Assembly: GCA_963770795.1 (NCBI GenBank)
Contig: CAVYQR010000001.1
Coordinates: 224,612 to 288,611 of the forward strand
Origin: an uncultured Chloroflexia bacterium
GTDB taxonomy: Bacteria > Chloroflexota > Limnocylindria > Limnocylindrales > CSP1-4
Reading direction: 5' to 3'
DNA length: 64,000 bases
The notes below the pieces were generated by a model. It worked only from the letters and a program-made list of their open reading frames with translations. It did not search any database and was not told where the DNA came from. Below, piece after piece: positions 51,994 to 60,672 of this stretch. Numbering within the stretch: position 1 is the first letter of the stretch; each line of letters begins with the position of its first letter. The translations under genes were made by a program, and so were the position numbers.

Positions 51994-52923
51994 ATGTCGG
52001 GGACAGACCGGGATCTCGTCGCCGCCCTCCGCGCGGAGCTGGCTGCCATCGACCCCTCTCGTCCGTGCGACCGCAGCGCCGAGATCGCGGGCCTCGGACC
52101 GCTGCTCGCCTGCCGGGAGGCCTCGATCGCACGTCTCGCCGTCCGCCTCGGTGGCCGCGCCGTGGAAGGTCGCGCCGGGGGCGGCAGGCACCTGTTCCTG
52201 ATGCCCGACACGGAGTTCGGGTGGTCGGGATCCGCGGACCACTGCCGCTGGGCGTGGCTCCGTGGGCGGTTCCTGGCCCGCGGATCCCTGAGCCTCGCGG
52301 TTGGCCGCGCCCACCTCGAGTTCGTGGTTCCCGTTGCGGAGGCACCGGTCCTCGCGGCCCGGCTGGCCGTGGTCGGGCTCCCGGCGTCCCGGCGCGTCAG
52401 GCGCGGACAGGGGGTGGTGACCTGGAAGAGCACGGAGTCGATTACCGCGTTCCTCGGGCGGATCGGAGCCAGCGCATCGCTCCTGGAGCTCGAGGCACGT
52501 AGCGTCGCCCGGACGCTGCGCGGGGAGCTCAACCGCGTCATCAACGCGGATTCCGCCAACCTCCGACGATCCGTGGCCGCCGCCGGCCGACAGCTGGCCG
52601 CGATCGACGCCCTCGAGGCGGACGGGCGGCTAGGGGAGCAGCCGCCAACCGTCCGGGCCGTGGCGGAGGCGCGACGCGAGACCCCCGAGGCGTCGCTGTC
52701 GGAGATTGCCCTGCGGCTCGAGCTGCACCGGTCCTCGGTGCAGCGGGCCCTCGACCGCCTCGAGCGGCTGGCGCTCCACGACGACGAGGGGATCGGCATC
52801 CGGGGCCGCAACCGGCCATCCGGCGCCGGATACGGGGAGTCGTACGGCCGTCCCGCTCCGGGCCGGGCGGCGTCGGGTGAGGGGCCGGTCGGCCGGCGGA
52901 GGATCCGCCCGCCTCTGGCATGA
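51994..52923 (+). CDS. whiA: Sporulation/cell-division transcription factor WhiA
   Basis: MSGTDRDLVAALRAELAAI…, pseudo-LAGLIDADG domains, C-terminal HTH (…ETPEASLSEIALRLELHRSSVQRALDRLE…). Conserved position after rapZ-yvcK. Confidence 0.85.
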   Translation: MSGTDRDLVAALRAELAAIDPSRPCDRSAEIAGLGPLLACREASIARLAVRLGGRAVEGRAGGGRHLFLMPDTEFGWSGSADHCRWAWLRGRFLARGSLSLAVGRAHLEFVVPVAEAPVLAARLAVVGLPASRRVRRGQGVVTWKSTESITAFLGRIGASASLLELEARSVARTLRGELNRVINADSANLRRSVAAAGRQLAAIDALEADGRLGEQPPTVRAVAEARRETPEASLSEIALRLELHRSSVQRALDRLERLALHDDEGIGIRGRNRPSGAGYGESYGRPAPGRAASGEGPVGRRRIRPPLA

Positions 52924-52930
52924 TGCACCC

Positions 52931-53720
52931 ATGACTCGACCGATCGTGATTGCCGCCAACTGGAAGATGAACACCACCCCCGCCGACGCTGGCGACCTTG
53001 CGCGGACCATCGCGTCCCGCACCCGGGAGGCCGGCGTGACGAGGGTGATCTGCCCGCCGTTCGTGAGCCTCGCCGCCGTCCGTGACGCGCTGGCGGGCGA
53101 AGATGTGGGCGTGGGGGCGCAGAACGTCCACCACGAGCTGGCCGGGGCCTACACCGGCGAGATCTCCGTGCCCATGCTGGCCGGCCTCGCGACCTGGGTC
53201 ATCCTGGGCCACTCCGAACGTCGTGCCTACTTCGCCGAGACGGATGAGCTGATCGGGAAGAAGCTTGGATCGCGCGATCGCGGGCGGTCTCCGGCCGATC
53301 CTGTGCGTCGGCGAGGTCCTGGCGGACCGTGAGGCGGGCCGCGAGACCGACGTGGTCGACAGCCAGCTGCGCGGCGCCCTGCAGGGCCGCGACGCGAACG
53401 CGCTCGTCGCAGCCGGGATCGTGATCGCCTACGAGCCCGTGTGGGCGATCGGGACCGGCAAGAACGCCCGTGGCGCCGATGCCGCGGCGATGGCGGACGC
53501 CATCCGCACCAGCCTCCGCGGCCTGGGCTGGGGCGACGGCGCCGAGGCCACGCCCGTCCTGTACGGCGGCAGCGTCACCTCCGCGAACGCGGCCGAGTTC
53601 CTGGCCGAGCCGGCCGTGGACGGGGCGCTGATCGGCGGAGCCTCGCTCAAGCCGGACGAGATGGCCGGGATCGTGGCCCGGGCCGGCCTGACCGCGGCGG
53701 CCCGCGGGCTCGGTTCGTGA
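52931..53720 (+). CDS. tpiA: Triosephosphate isomerase, with an apparent +1 frameshift at ~53262 (extra G in ttGGat)
   Basis: N-terminus MTRPIVIAANWKMN…ILGHSERRAYFAETDELIGKKL is in one frame. The rest, DRAIAGGLRPILCVGE…IAYEPVWAIGTG…LYGGSV…GGASL, is in the +1 frame. Removing one G restores a canonical TPI. Confidence 0.8.
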
Positions 53721-55363
53721 CCGAGGGCTCCCGCCCGCGCCCAATCGTCCTCGTTGTCATCGACGGCTTCGGCATCGGCCCGGACCCGACGATTGACGCC
53801 ATCGCCGCGGCCGAGATGCCCCGCTGGGACGACCTCCTTGCTCGCTGGCCGCACGCGGTCCTGCGCGCGTCGGAGGACGCCGTGGGCCTGCCGCCGGGCC
53901 AGATGGGCAACTCCGAGGTTGGCCACCTGAACCTCGGTGCCGGACGGCCGGTACTCCAGGACCTGCCGCGCATCGATGCGGCGATTGCCGACGGCTCGTT
54001 CTTCGGCCGCCCCGCACTCCTTGCGGCGTGTGAGCGTGCACGGACGACCGGCCGTCTCCATACAGTCGGGTTGATCGGACCCGGCGGGGTCCACGCCAAC
54101 GACCGGCACCTCGTGGCGCTCGTGGAGCTGGCGGCACGGAGGGGTGTACCCAGCGTGCGCATCCATGCGCTGCTCGACGGCCGCGACACGCCCCCGAGCT
54201 CGGCCCTCGGGTTCATGCGGGACCTCGAGGAACGCATCGCCGCCGTACACCCGGACGCCCGGATCGCCTCGGTCGGCGGCCGCTACTACGCCATGGACCG
54301 GGACCGGCGCGGTGAGCGCACGGAGCGTGGCTACGACGCCATCGTCCACGGTGCAGGGCTCCACGCGACGTCTGCGACGGCGGCGATCGAGGAGGCCTAC
54401 GCCCGCGGCGAGACCGACGAGTTCGTCATCCCCACGGTCATCGACGGGACCGACGGCGCGCTGCGTGATGGGGACCCGATCGTTCACGTCAACTTCCGCG
54501 CGGACCGCGCCCGCCAGCTCGCCCACGCGCTCGCGGACCAATCGATCGATGCCTTCGATCGAACCGGTCCCGATGGTCAGGCAGCGCCGGCGGACCTGCT
54601 GGTGGTGACCCTGACCGAGTACGAGTCCGGGCTCCCGGTCCAGGTCGCCTTCGGCCCCGAGGAGGCACGCAGCCTTGCCCAGGCGTTCTCGGAGGCCGGC
54701 TGGACGCAGCTCCACGTGGCCGAGACCGAGAAGTACGCCCACGTGACGTACTTCTTCAACGGCGGTGTCGAGACGCCCTGGCCCGGCGAGGAGCGGCGGC
54801 TGGTCCCGTCGCCCAAGGTGGCCACCTACGATCTGCAGCCGGAGATGAGCGCGGCGGCGGTCACCGACGAGTTGGTCACCGCAATTGCCTCGGGCGGGTA
54901 CGACTTCATCGTCGCCAACTTCGCAAACCCGGACATGGTCGGGCACACGGGCGTCTGGGGCGCCACCGTGGCCGCCTGCGGCGTGATCGACAGCTGTCTC
55001 GGCCGGATCGTCGACGCCATCGACGCGGTGGAAGCCGCGGACCCGGGCGGCCCGGGAGCCGTGCTGCTCGTCACGGCCGACCACGGCAACGCGGACGAGA
55101 TGCGCGACGCCCTCGGCAACCCGGTGACCAGGCACTCGCTCAACCCGGTGCCGCTCCTGGGTGTGGGCCGGACCCTGGGGGGGCGAACCCTGCGGGACGG
55201 GGTCCTGGCCGACGTGGCGCCGACGATCCTGGAGATCGCCGGCCTGCCGAGATGGGAGGGGATGACCGGTCGGTCCCTGCTCGAACCCGCCCGATCGAGA
55301 GGCGGAGCGTCGCGTCTGCTACCATCCGCCTCCGGTACACCTCGGAGGTCAATCAACCCGTGA
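53717..55363 (+). CDS. gpmI: 2,3-bisphosphoglycerate-independent phosphoglycerate mutase (iPGM)
   Basis: GTG start overlapping the tpiA stop. …VLVVIDGFGIG…SEVGHLNLGAGR…, …TADHGNADEM…. Confidence 0.9.
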   Translation: MTEGSRPRPIVLVVIDGFGIGPDPTIDAIAAAEMPRWDDLLARWPHAVLRASEDAVGLPPGQMGNSEVGHLNLGAGRPVLQDLPRIDAAIADGSFFGRPALLAACERARTTGRLHTVGLIGPGGVHANDRHLVALVELAARRGVPSVRIHALLDGRDTPPSSALGFMRDLEERIAAVHPDARIASVGGRYYAMDRDRRGERTERGYDAIVHGAGLHATSATAAIEEAYARGETDEFVIPTVIDGTDGALRDGDPIVHVNFRADRARQLAHALADQSIDAFDRTGPDGQAAPADLLVVTLTEYESGLPVQVAFGPEEARSLAQAFSEAGWTQLHVAETEKYAHVTYFFNGGVETPWPGEERRLVPSPKVATYDLQPEMSAAAVTDELVTAIASGGYDFIVANFANPDMVGHTGVWGATVAACGVIDSCLGRIVDAIDAVEAADPGGPGAVLLVTADHGNADEMRDALGNPVTRHSLNPVPLLGVGRTLGGRTLRDGVLADVAPTILEIAGLPRWEGMTGRSLLEPARSRGGASRLLPSASGTPRRSINP

Positions 55364-55581
55364 ACCCGATCCTGGCCATCGGCCAGATTATCGTGAGCGT
55401 CGCCCTGATCGCGGCGATTCTGATGCAGAACCGTGGCACAGGCCTATCCGGGACGTTCGGCGGCGACTCGGCCGTCTACCGGAGTCGCCGGGGCGTCGAG
55501 CGCCGGCTGTGGCAGTTCACCGTCCTGCTGCTCGTGCTGTTCGTCCTGTTCGCGCTGGTCGCCTTCATCTTCGTCGTCTGA
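55360..55581 (+). CDS. secG: Preprotein translocase subunit SecG
   Basis: GTG start overlapping the gpmI stop. VNPILAIGQIIVSVALIAAILMQNRGTGLSGTFGG… is the SecG consensus. Confidence 0.85.
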   Translation: MNPILAIGQIIVSVALIAAILMQNRGTGLSGTFGGDSAVYRSRRGVERRLWQFTVLLLVLFVLFALVAFIFVV

Positions 55582-55638
55582 TCGCGGCGTCGACCGCTGC
55601 GCGCCAGTCGCGCGCCCGCCCGCCGGAGGCGTCCTCCA

Positions 55639-57366
55639 ATGAACCGTCGCGACACCGCGATCATTGCCGCCCTCGTCCTCGTGCTCATTGTGCTCGGGGG
55701 TGCCATCGCGCTCCCGCAGGCGCTCCCGGGATCCCTTGAGAGCGAGCTGGATCCCACGCCCGAGGCCAGCCCGCCGCCGCCTGTGACCTACCGCGAGGGC
55801 GTCGTCGGCTCGCCGGAGTCCATCACGCCCATCACCGCACGCTCCCGCGCCGACCGGACCCTCGTGGGCCTCGTCTTCTCGGGCCTGGTCCGCCCGAACC
55901 CCGCGGGTGGCTACCAGCCGGACCTGGCGGAGTCCTGGACGTCCAGCGCCGACGGCACCACCTGGACCGTCACGATCCGTCCTGACGCAACCTGGCAGGA
56001 CGGTGCACCGGTCACCTCGGATGACGTCGTCTACACGGTGGAGGCGCTCAAGAGCCCGGATGCGGCGGGTGGCATCGCGTCCTCGTGGGCCGATGTGACC
56101 GCCACCGCGTTGGGACCGAAGACCGTGAGGTTCACGCTGACGACGCCTCTCGGCGGGTTCCTGGCGGCGCTCTCCCAGCCCCTCCTGCCCGCCCACCTGC
56201 TGGCCGACGTGCCGCTGGCGAACCTTGCGGACAGCGACTTCGCGCGGATGCCGGTCGGAACCGGGCCGTTTGCGCTGGTCGAGTTCGACGGGACCCGCGC
56301 CGTGCTGGAGCCAGCGGCGCCCGTCCCTCCGGCCGCGGATCCGACGCCCGGCCCGACGCTCGATTCACTGGCGACGCCGTATCCGACCCCGAAGCCGGGG
56401 CGTCCGGTTCCGTACCTGGAGCGGATCGAGATGTCCTTCTACGACAACGACGAGGCGCTCGCAACTGCGCTGCAGACCGGGGAGATCGATGGCGCCGCGG
56501 GGTACGCGCCGGCCGTCGCGGGAGGGTCTGCCGCCACGGAGGGCATCGAGCGCCTGCGGTACCCCACGACGACGCTCTCGGCCGTGATGCTCAACCTCCG
56601 TCCGTCGCATCCGGAGCTCCGCGACGCGACGGTCCGCAGGGCGCTGCTCGCCGCCGTTGATCGCAACGCACTCGTGGCCGGGGCGCTCGCCGGGGACGCC
56701 GTCCGTGCCGACGCGCTCGTTCCGCCCGCCTCCTGGGCATTCGACGCGACAGTTGCTCCACCGGTGGCGTTCGACCCCAAGAAGGCCGCCAAGGCGCTGA
56801 CCGATGCCGGCTGGACCAGGAAGTCGGGCGGGAAGTGGGTCGCGCCGAAGACCAAGGGTGCCTACACGCTCGAGGTCCTCACCGTGCCGGCCGCAGCCAA
56901 CCCGCGCCTGGCCTCGGTGGCGGCACACCTGCGCGATGCGTGGACGAAGCTCGGGTTCCAGGTGAAGCTGGTCGAGATCCCGGCGGCCGACCTCGCTACC
57001 CGGCTGCAGTCCGGGGAGTACGCGGCTGCGGTGGTGGACGTCGCCTCGGGTCTCGAGCCGGACCTGTACCCGCTCCTCGCCTCATCCCAGGTCCGCGCGT
57101 CGGGCAGGAACCTCAGCGGCTACCAGGATCCTGCCCTGGACAAGCTCCTCGAGGTCGCGCGGGCTCCCGGCACGCCGGAGGATCGCATGGCCGCGTGGAA
57201 GGCCCTCCTGGCCGCCGTGAATGAGCGCATGCCGATCCTTCCGATCGCCTGGGCGGACGAGGTCTTCCTCGCCCGCGGGCTCCAGGGGCCAACCCCACGG
57301 CTCATCGCGGACCCGGGCGACCGCTTTGGCGATGTGCTAGCATGGCGCCTCGCCGCGGACCGGTGA
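55639..57366 (+). CDS. ABC transporter substrate-binding protein, family 5 (peptide/nickel, DppA/OppA-like), N-terminal membrane anchor
   Basis: MNRRDTAIIAALVLVLIVLGGAIA…, …TWTVTIRPDATWQDGAPVTSDDVVYT…, …GTGPFALVEF… are SBP_bac_5 hallmarks. Confidence 0.8.
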   Translation: MNRRDTAIIAALVLVLIVLGGAIALPQALPGSLESELDPTPEASPPPPVTYREGVVGSPESITPITARSRADRTLVGLVFSGLVRPNPAGGYQPDLAESWTSSADGTTWTVTIRPDATWQDGAPVTSDDVVYTVEALKSPDAAGGIASSWADVTATALGPKTVRFTLTTPLGGFLAALSQPLLPAHLLADVPLANLADSDFARMPVGTGPFALVEFDGTRAVLEPAAPVPPAADPTPGPTLDSLATPYPTPKPGRPVPYLERIEMSFYDNDEALATALQTGEIDGAAGYAPAVAGGSAATEGIERLRYPTTTLSAVMLNLRPSHPELRDATVRRALLAAVDRNALVAGALAGDAVRADALVPPASWAFDATVAPPVAFDPKKAAKALTDAGWTRKSGGKWVAPKTKGAYTLEVLTVPAAANPRLASVAAHLRDAWTKLGFQVKLVEIPAADLATRLQSGEYAAAVVDVASGLEPDLYPLLASSQVRASGRNLSGYQDPALDKLLEVARAPGTPEDRMAAWKALLAAVNERMPILPIAWADEVFLARGLQGPTPRLIADPGDRFGDVLAWRLAADR

Positions 57367-57401
57367 GCCTTCGGGCGCCTCGGCCCACGCGCCGGGTCCT
57401 C

Positions 57402-57488
57402 GCCGAGGTGGCGAAATTGGCAGACGCGCTAGCTTCAGGAGCTAGTGCCCGCAAGGGCGTATGGGTTCAAGTCCCTTCCTCGGTACCA
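57402..57488 (+). tRNA. tRNA-Leu (anticodon CAG), 87 nt, long variable arm
   Basis: GCCGAGG…CTAGC-TTCAGGA-GCTAG…GGGTTCAAGTCCC…CCTCGGT-A-CCA. Confidence 0.85.
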
Positions 57489-57531
57489 TCACCCCTTCCC
57501 GTGAGGATCCCGGCGACAGCGCAGTGAACAG

Positions 57532-57616
57532 GCCCAGGTGGCGGAATTGGTATACGCGTACGTTTGAGGGGCGTATGAGGCAACTCATCCGGGTTCAAGT
57601 CCCGGCCTGGGCACCA
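57532..57616 (+). tRNA. tRNA-Leu (anticodon GAG), 85 nt
   Basis: GCCCAGG…TACGT-TTGAGGG-GCGTA…CCGGGTTCAAGTCCCGG-CCTGGGC-A-CCA. Confidence 0.85.
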
Positions 57617-57635
57617 CTCTCCTGATCTTCAAGCG

Positions 57636-57657
57636 GGCGGCCGGTCGGCCGCCCGTT
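57636..57657 (+). terminator. GC hairpin (gggcggcc-ggtc-ggccgccc) between tRNA-Leu(GAG) and tRNA-Val
   Basis: Perfect 8-bp inverted repeat. Function is inferred. Confidence 0.3.
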
Positions 57658-57686
57658 CGCGTTTCCGGCCCCGGTGGCCCCTCCCC

Positions 57687-57763
57687 GGGCGGTTAGCTCA
57701 GTTGGTAAGAGCGCCTCGCTTACACCGAGGATGTCGGGGGTTCGAGTCCCTCACCGCCCACCA
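57687..57763 (+). tRNA. tRNA-Val (anticodon TAC), 77 nt
   Basis: GGGCGGT TA GCTC AGTTGGTAA GAGC…CCTCG-CTTACAC-CGAGG…GGGGGTTCGAGTCCCTC-ACCGCCC-A-CCA. Confidence 0.9.
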
Positions 57764-57880
57764 CCTCCGGGAGCGCCGCGCCGCCCGCACTCCCGGTTTC
57801 GTCGCGCGGCGCGCGACCGGCCGGTTGCGGCGCGCTATGCTGGGCGAAAGGCTGCGCCTGCCCAACTTCGAGGAGACCGC

Positions 57881-58459
57881 ATGGATGGGATCGTGATCAT
57901 CGCGATCGTTGCCGTCATCGCCCTGGTCGTCATCGCCCTGGTCGTCATCGCGCTCTACAACGGCCTTGTCACGCGCCGCAACCGAATCGACGAGGCGTTC
58001 GCGCAGATCGAGGTTCAGCTCAACCGCCGGCACGACCTGATCCCGAACCTCGTGCAGGCCGTGAAGGGCTACATGGGCTTCGAGCAGGACGTCCTGACCA
58101 GGGTCACCGAGGCCCGCGCCAACGCCGTTGCTGCGGGAGCCCAGGGCCCCGCCCAGCAGGCCGCCGCCGAGAACATGCTCACCGGCGCCCTCCGCTCGCT
58201 GTTCGCCGTCGTCGAGAACTACCCGGATCTCAAGGCGAGCACCAACGTGATGCAGCTCCAGGAGGAGTTGACCACCACGGAGAACCAGATCAGCTTCTCG
58301 CGCCAGCACTACAACGCGACGGTGCTGGACTACAACAACGCGATCCAGACCATCCCGGCCGTGTTCATCGCGGGTTCGTTCGGCTTCACCAAGCGCGAGT
58401 TCTTTGACGCGGGCCCCGAGGCCGAGGCGGTCCCGGTGGTCGACCTGAGCCTGTCCTGA
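57881..58459 (+). CDS. lemA: LemA family protein
   Basis: GAGGAG RBS. MDGIVIIAIVAVIALVVIALVVIALYNGLVTRRNRIDEAFAQIEVQLNRRHDLIPNLV… is the LemA consensus. Confidence 0.85.
   Translation: MDGIVIIAIVAVIALVVIALVVIALYNGLVTRRNRIDEAFAQIEVQLNRRHDLIPNLVQAVKGYMGFEQDVLTRVTEARANAVAAGAQGPAQQAAAENMLTGALRSLFAVVENYPDLKASTNVMQLQEELTTTENQISFSRQHYNATVLDYNNAIQTIPAVFIAGSFGFTKREFFDAGPEAEAVPVVDLSLS
57914..57955 (+). repeat. 15-bp tandem repeat (gtcatcgccctggtc x2.7) encoding the (VIALV)n TM segment of LemA
   Basis: Seen directly in the sequence. Confidence 0.6.
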
Positions 58460-58524
58460 CGCCCGCAGGGCACGTCGTGCCTGCGCGAGCGAGACGCGGC
58501 CCCACGCGCCGCTGAGGCCCTCTG

Positions 58525-59535
58525 ATGGCCACGTTCTACGACCAGATCGGGGCGAACCGTCGCAACTCGGTGCTGCTCGCGATCGCTGTCATCCTGATCC
58601 TTGGGCTCCTCGGGGCGGCCATCGGCGCGGCCGTCACGGGTGTCCTCGAAGCGGCCCTGCTGTCCGCCGCCCTGGCGGTGACGATCGGGTTGTTCGCCTC
58701 TCTGATCTCGTACTACGCAGGCAATTCACTGGTCCTGTCGGTCTCGGGGGCGAAGGAGGTGACCGATCAGGATCAGCCGCAGCTGCTCAACGTGGTGCGG
58801 GAGATCGCCCTGGCGGCGAACGTGCCGATGCCACGGGTCTACCTCATCGACGACACGGCCCCCAACGCGTTCGCGACGGGACGGGACCCGAAGCACGCCT
58901 CGGTGGCCATCACCGTCGGACTCCTCCAGAAGCTGGATCGGGAGGAGCTGCAGGGCGTCATGGCCCACGAGCTCTCGCATGTCCGCAACTACGACATCCG
59001 GTTCTCGCTCATGGTGGGCGTGCTGGTCGGCTCGATTGCGCTGCTCGCCGACTTCTTCCTGCGGTTCACCTTCTGGGGTGGGGGACGGCGCTCCCGGAGG
59101 GGCTCGGATTCGGGGTCGGGCGGACTCCAGATCGTCTTCTTCATCGTCGCCATCCTCCTGGCCATCCTGGCCCCGATCATGTCCCGCCTCGTCCAGATGG
59201 CGGTCAGCCGCCAGCGCGAGTACCTGGCGGACGTCTCGGCCGTGGAGCTGACGCGAAACCCATTCGGGCTGGAGCGCGCCCTGGCGAAGATCTCCCTGGA
59301 CACGGAGCCGCTCGAGGTCGCCAATCGCGCGACCCAGCACCTCTACTTCGACAACCCGATCAAGGCAGCCACCAGCACGTCAAGGTCCCTCTTCTCGACC
59401 CATCCGGCGGCGCTGGACCGGATCAACCGGCTGCGCCAGCTCAGCGCCCAGCCACCGGTGGCGAATGCCGCCGTCGTCCTTGATCCCGGTGCCCAGGCGG
59501 CCTTGGCGCGTGACCCCGGACTGCGGCGGTCGTAG
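58525..59535 (+). CDS. htpX: M48-family zinc metalloprotease HtpX
   Basis: HELSHVRNYD (HExxH) and 4 TM helices, typical of HtpX. Confidence 0.85.
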   Translation: MATFYDQIGANRRNSVLLAIAVILILGLLGAAIGAAVTGVLEAALLSAALAVTIGLFASLISYYAGNSLVLSVSGAKEVTDQDQPQLLNVVREIALAANVPMPRVYLIDDTAPNAFATGRDPKHASVAITVGLLQKLDREELQGVMAHELSHVRNYDIRFSLMVGVLVGSIALLADFFLRFTFWGGGRRSRRGSDSGSGGLQIVFFIVAILLAILAPIMSRLVQMAVSRQREYLADVSAVELTRNPFGLERALAKISLDTEPLEVANRATQHLYFDNPIKAATSTSRSLFSTHPAALDRINRLRQLSAQPPVANAAVVLDPGAQAALARDPGLRRS

Positions 59536-59616
59536 GGTCTGCGTCGGTTGCCGCTCGTTCAGGCCCCGTGGTATCCTGCGGCGCGCCGACGGGCCCCCGC
59601 GGGGACCCGGGTCCGG

Positions 59617-59692
59617 GCCGAGATAGCTCAGTTGGTAGAGCACGCGACTGAAAATCGCGGTGTCGCCAGTTCGAATCTGGCTCTCGGCACCA
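59617..59692 (+). tRNA. tRNA-Phe (anticodon GAA)
   Basis: GCCGAGA TA GCTC AGTTGGTA GAGC A CGCGA-CTGAAAA-TCGCG GTGTC GCCAG TTCGAAT CTGGC TCTCGGC A CCA. Confidence 0.9.
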
Positions 59693-59711
59693 ACACCTGG
59701 TCGGTCATCGA

Positions 59712-59787
59712 GCGGAAGTGGCTCAGTTGGTAGAGCATCACCTTGCCAAGGTGAGGGTCGCGGGTTCGAGTCCCGTCTTCCGCTCCA
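59712..59787 (+). tRNA. tRNA-Gly (anticodon GCC)
   Basis: GCGGAAG TG GCTC AGTTGGTA GAGC A TCACC-TTGCCAA-GGTGA…TTCGAGT…CTTCCGC T CCA. Confidence 0.9.
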
Positions 59788-59823
59788 TCCACCCCCCCAT
59801 ACGAGTTCGCAACCCGGCCCCGC

Positions 59824-59897
59824 TGCCCCTTCGTCTAGTGGTAGGACAGCGGACTTTGGATCCGTTAGCCGAGGTTCGAATCCTCGAGGGGCAGCCA
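59824..59897 (+). tRNA. tRNA-Gln (anticodon TTG), U1-A72
   Basis: TGCCCCT TC GTC TAGTGGTAG GAC A GCGGA-CTTTGGA-TCCGT TAGC CGAGG TTCGAAT CCTCG AGGGGCA G CCA. Confidence 0.85.
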
Positions 59898-59932
59898 ACC
59901 TGACACCGGCAGCGCTTGTGTCATGCACACGT

Positions 59933-60009
59933 GGCGACGTGGCGAAGTGGCCTAACGCGGGGGTCTGCAAAACCTCTATTCGCCGGTTCGACTCCGGCCG
60001 TCGCCTCCA
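59933..60009 (+). tRNA. tRNA-Cys (anticodon GCA)
   Basis: GGCGACG TG GCG AAGTGGCCTAA CGC G GGGGT-CTGCAAA-ACCTC TATT CGCCGG TTCGACT CCGGC CGTCGCC T CCA. Confidence 0.9.
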
Positions 60010-60023
60010 TCCGAGCACGAATG

Positions 60024-60052
60024 AGGCCCCCAGCAGCGATGCCGGGGGCCTC
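60024..60052 (+). terminator. Hairpin (gaggccccc-N11-gggggcctc) followed by cttct, downstream of the tRNA-Cys/tRNA cluster
   Basis: Perfect 9-bp inverted repeat. Confidence 0.45.
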
Positions 60053-60672
60053 AGACTTCTATCCAGGGGCTGGGATAGTCCGCAGTAGACCGCAGGGGCG
60101 ACACCATCGAATGAGCCCTCGACTGGAGTGGGTCCGACCGCGAGCCCGACGTCGGCGGCAACCGATCTGGTTGGGGCTCGGTCGATCCGCCGTCCAGCAA
60201 CTCGCCCGACATCTCGGCGCAGCCGGAAGCGTCGGCTCAGCAGGTTCCCGAGGTCGACGGCAAGCCGTCATCGAGCTCGTCCACGCCGTGGGTGATCGGA
60301 CTCTTGGTCCTTGTCGCCCTTATCGGGACCGGTGTCGCCGTCCTGCTTCGGGGCCGTCGATCTGGGGGCTGAGAAACGTCCCTTGGCGCAAGGATTGCCA
60401 GCCGTTCTTGGCACACAAGGCAGGCGACGGGGTTCTCTGACTGTGGGGCGATTGCGCGAGCAAGCGCCGGCCGAGGTTGCCCGCGTTGTGGTCAAATGCT
60501 CCCGGCCCCCGATTTCGCAGCGTCCACGCCCCGCGCTGATTCGGTGGTTTCGGAGCACTCGATGCGGTGAGTCAGGCACGGGATGAGCGCCCGCGAGCGA
60601 GGCGGGCTCGTCATAGTTGCGCTACGACAAGAGTGAGGCGTCCCCCAGTCCACATCTGTGAGGGATTGCCCG

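Noticed and set aside
60111-60440. 110-aa ORF (MSPRLEWVRPRARRRRQ…) and an alternative frame ending in a TM-like helix (…PWVIGLLVLVALIGTGVAVLLRGRRSGG*) just after tRNA-Cys
   Set aside because: The listed frame is Arg-rich junk. The TM-like frame has no canonical start codon before the hydrophobic segment. It could be a degraded gene fragment of the relic island, but it cannot be supported as a CDS.
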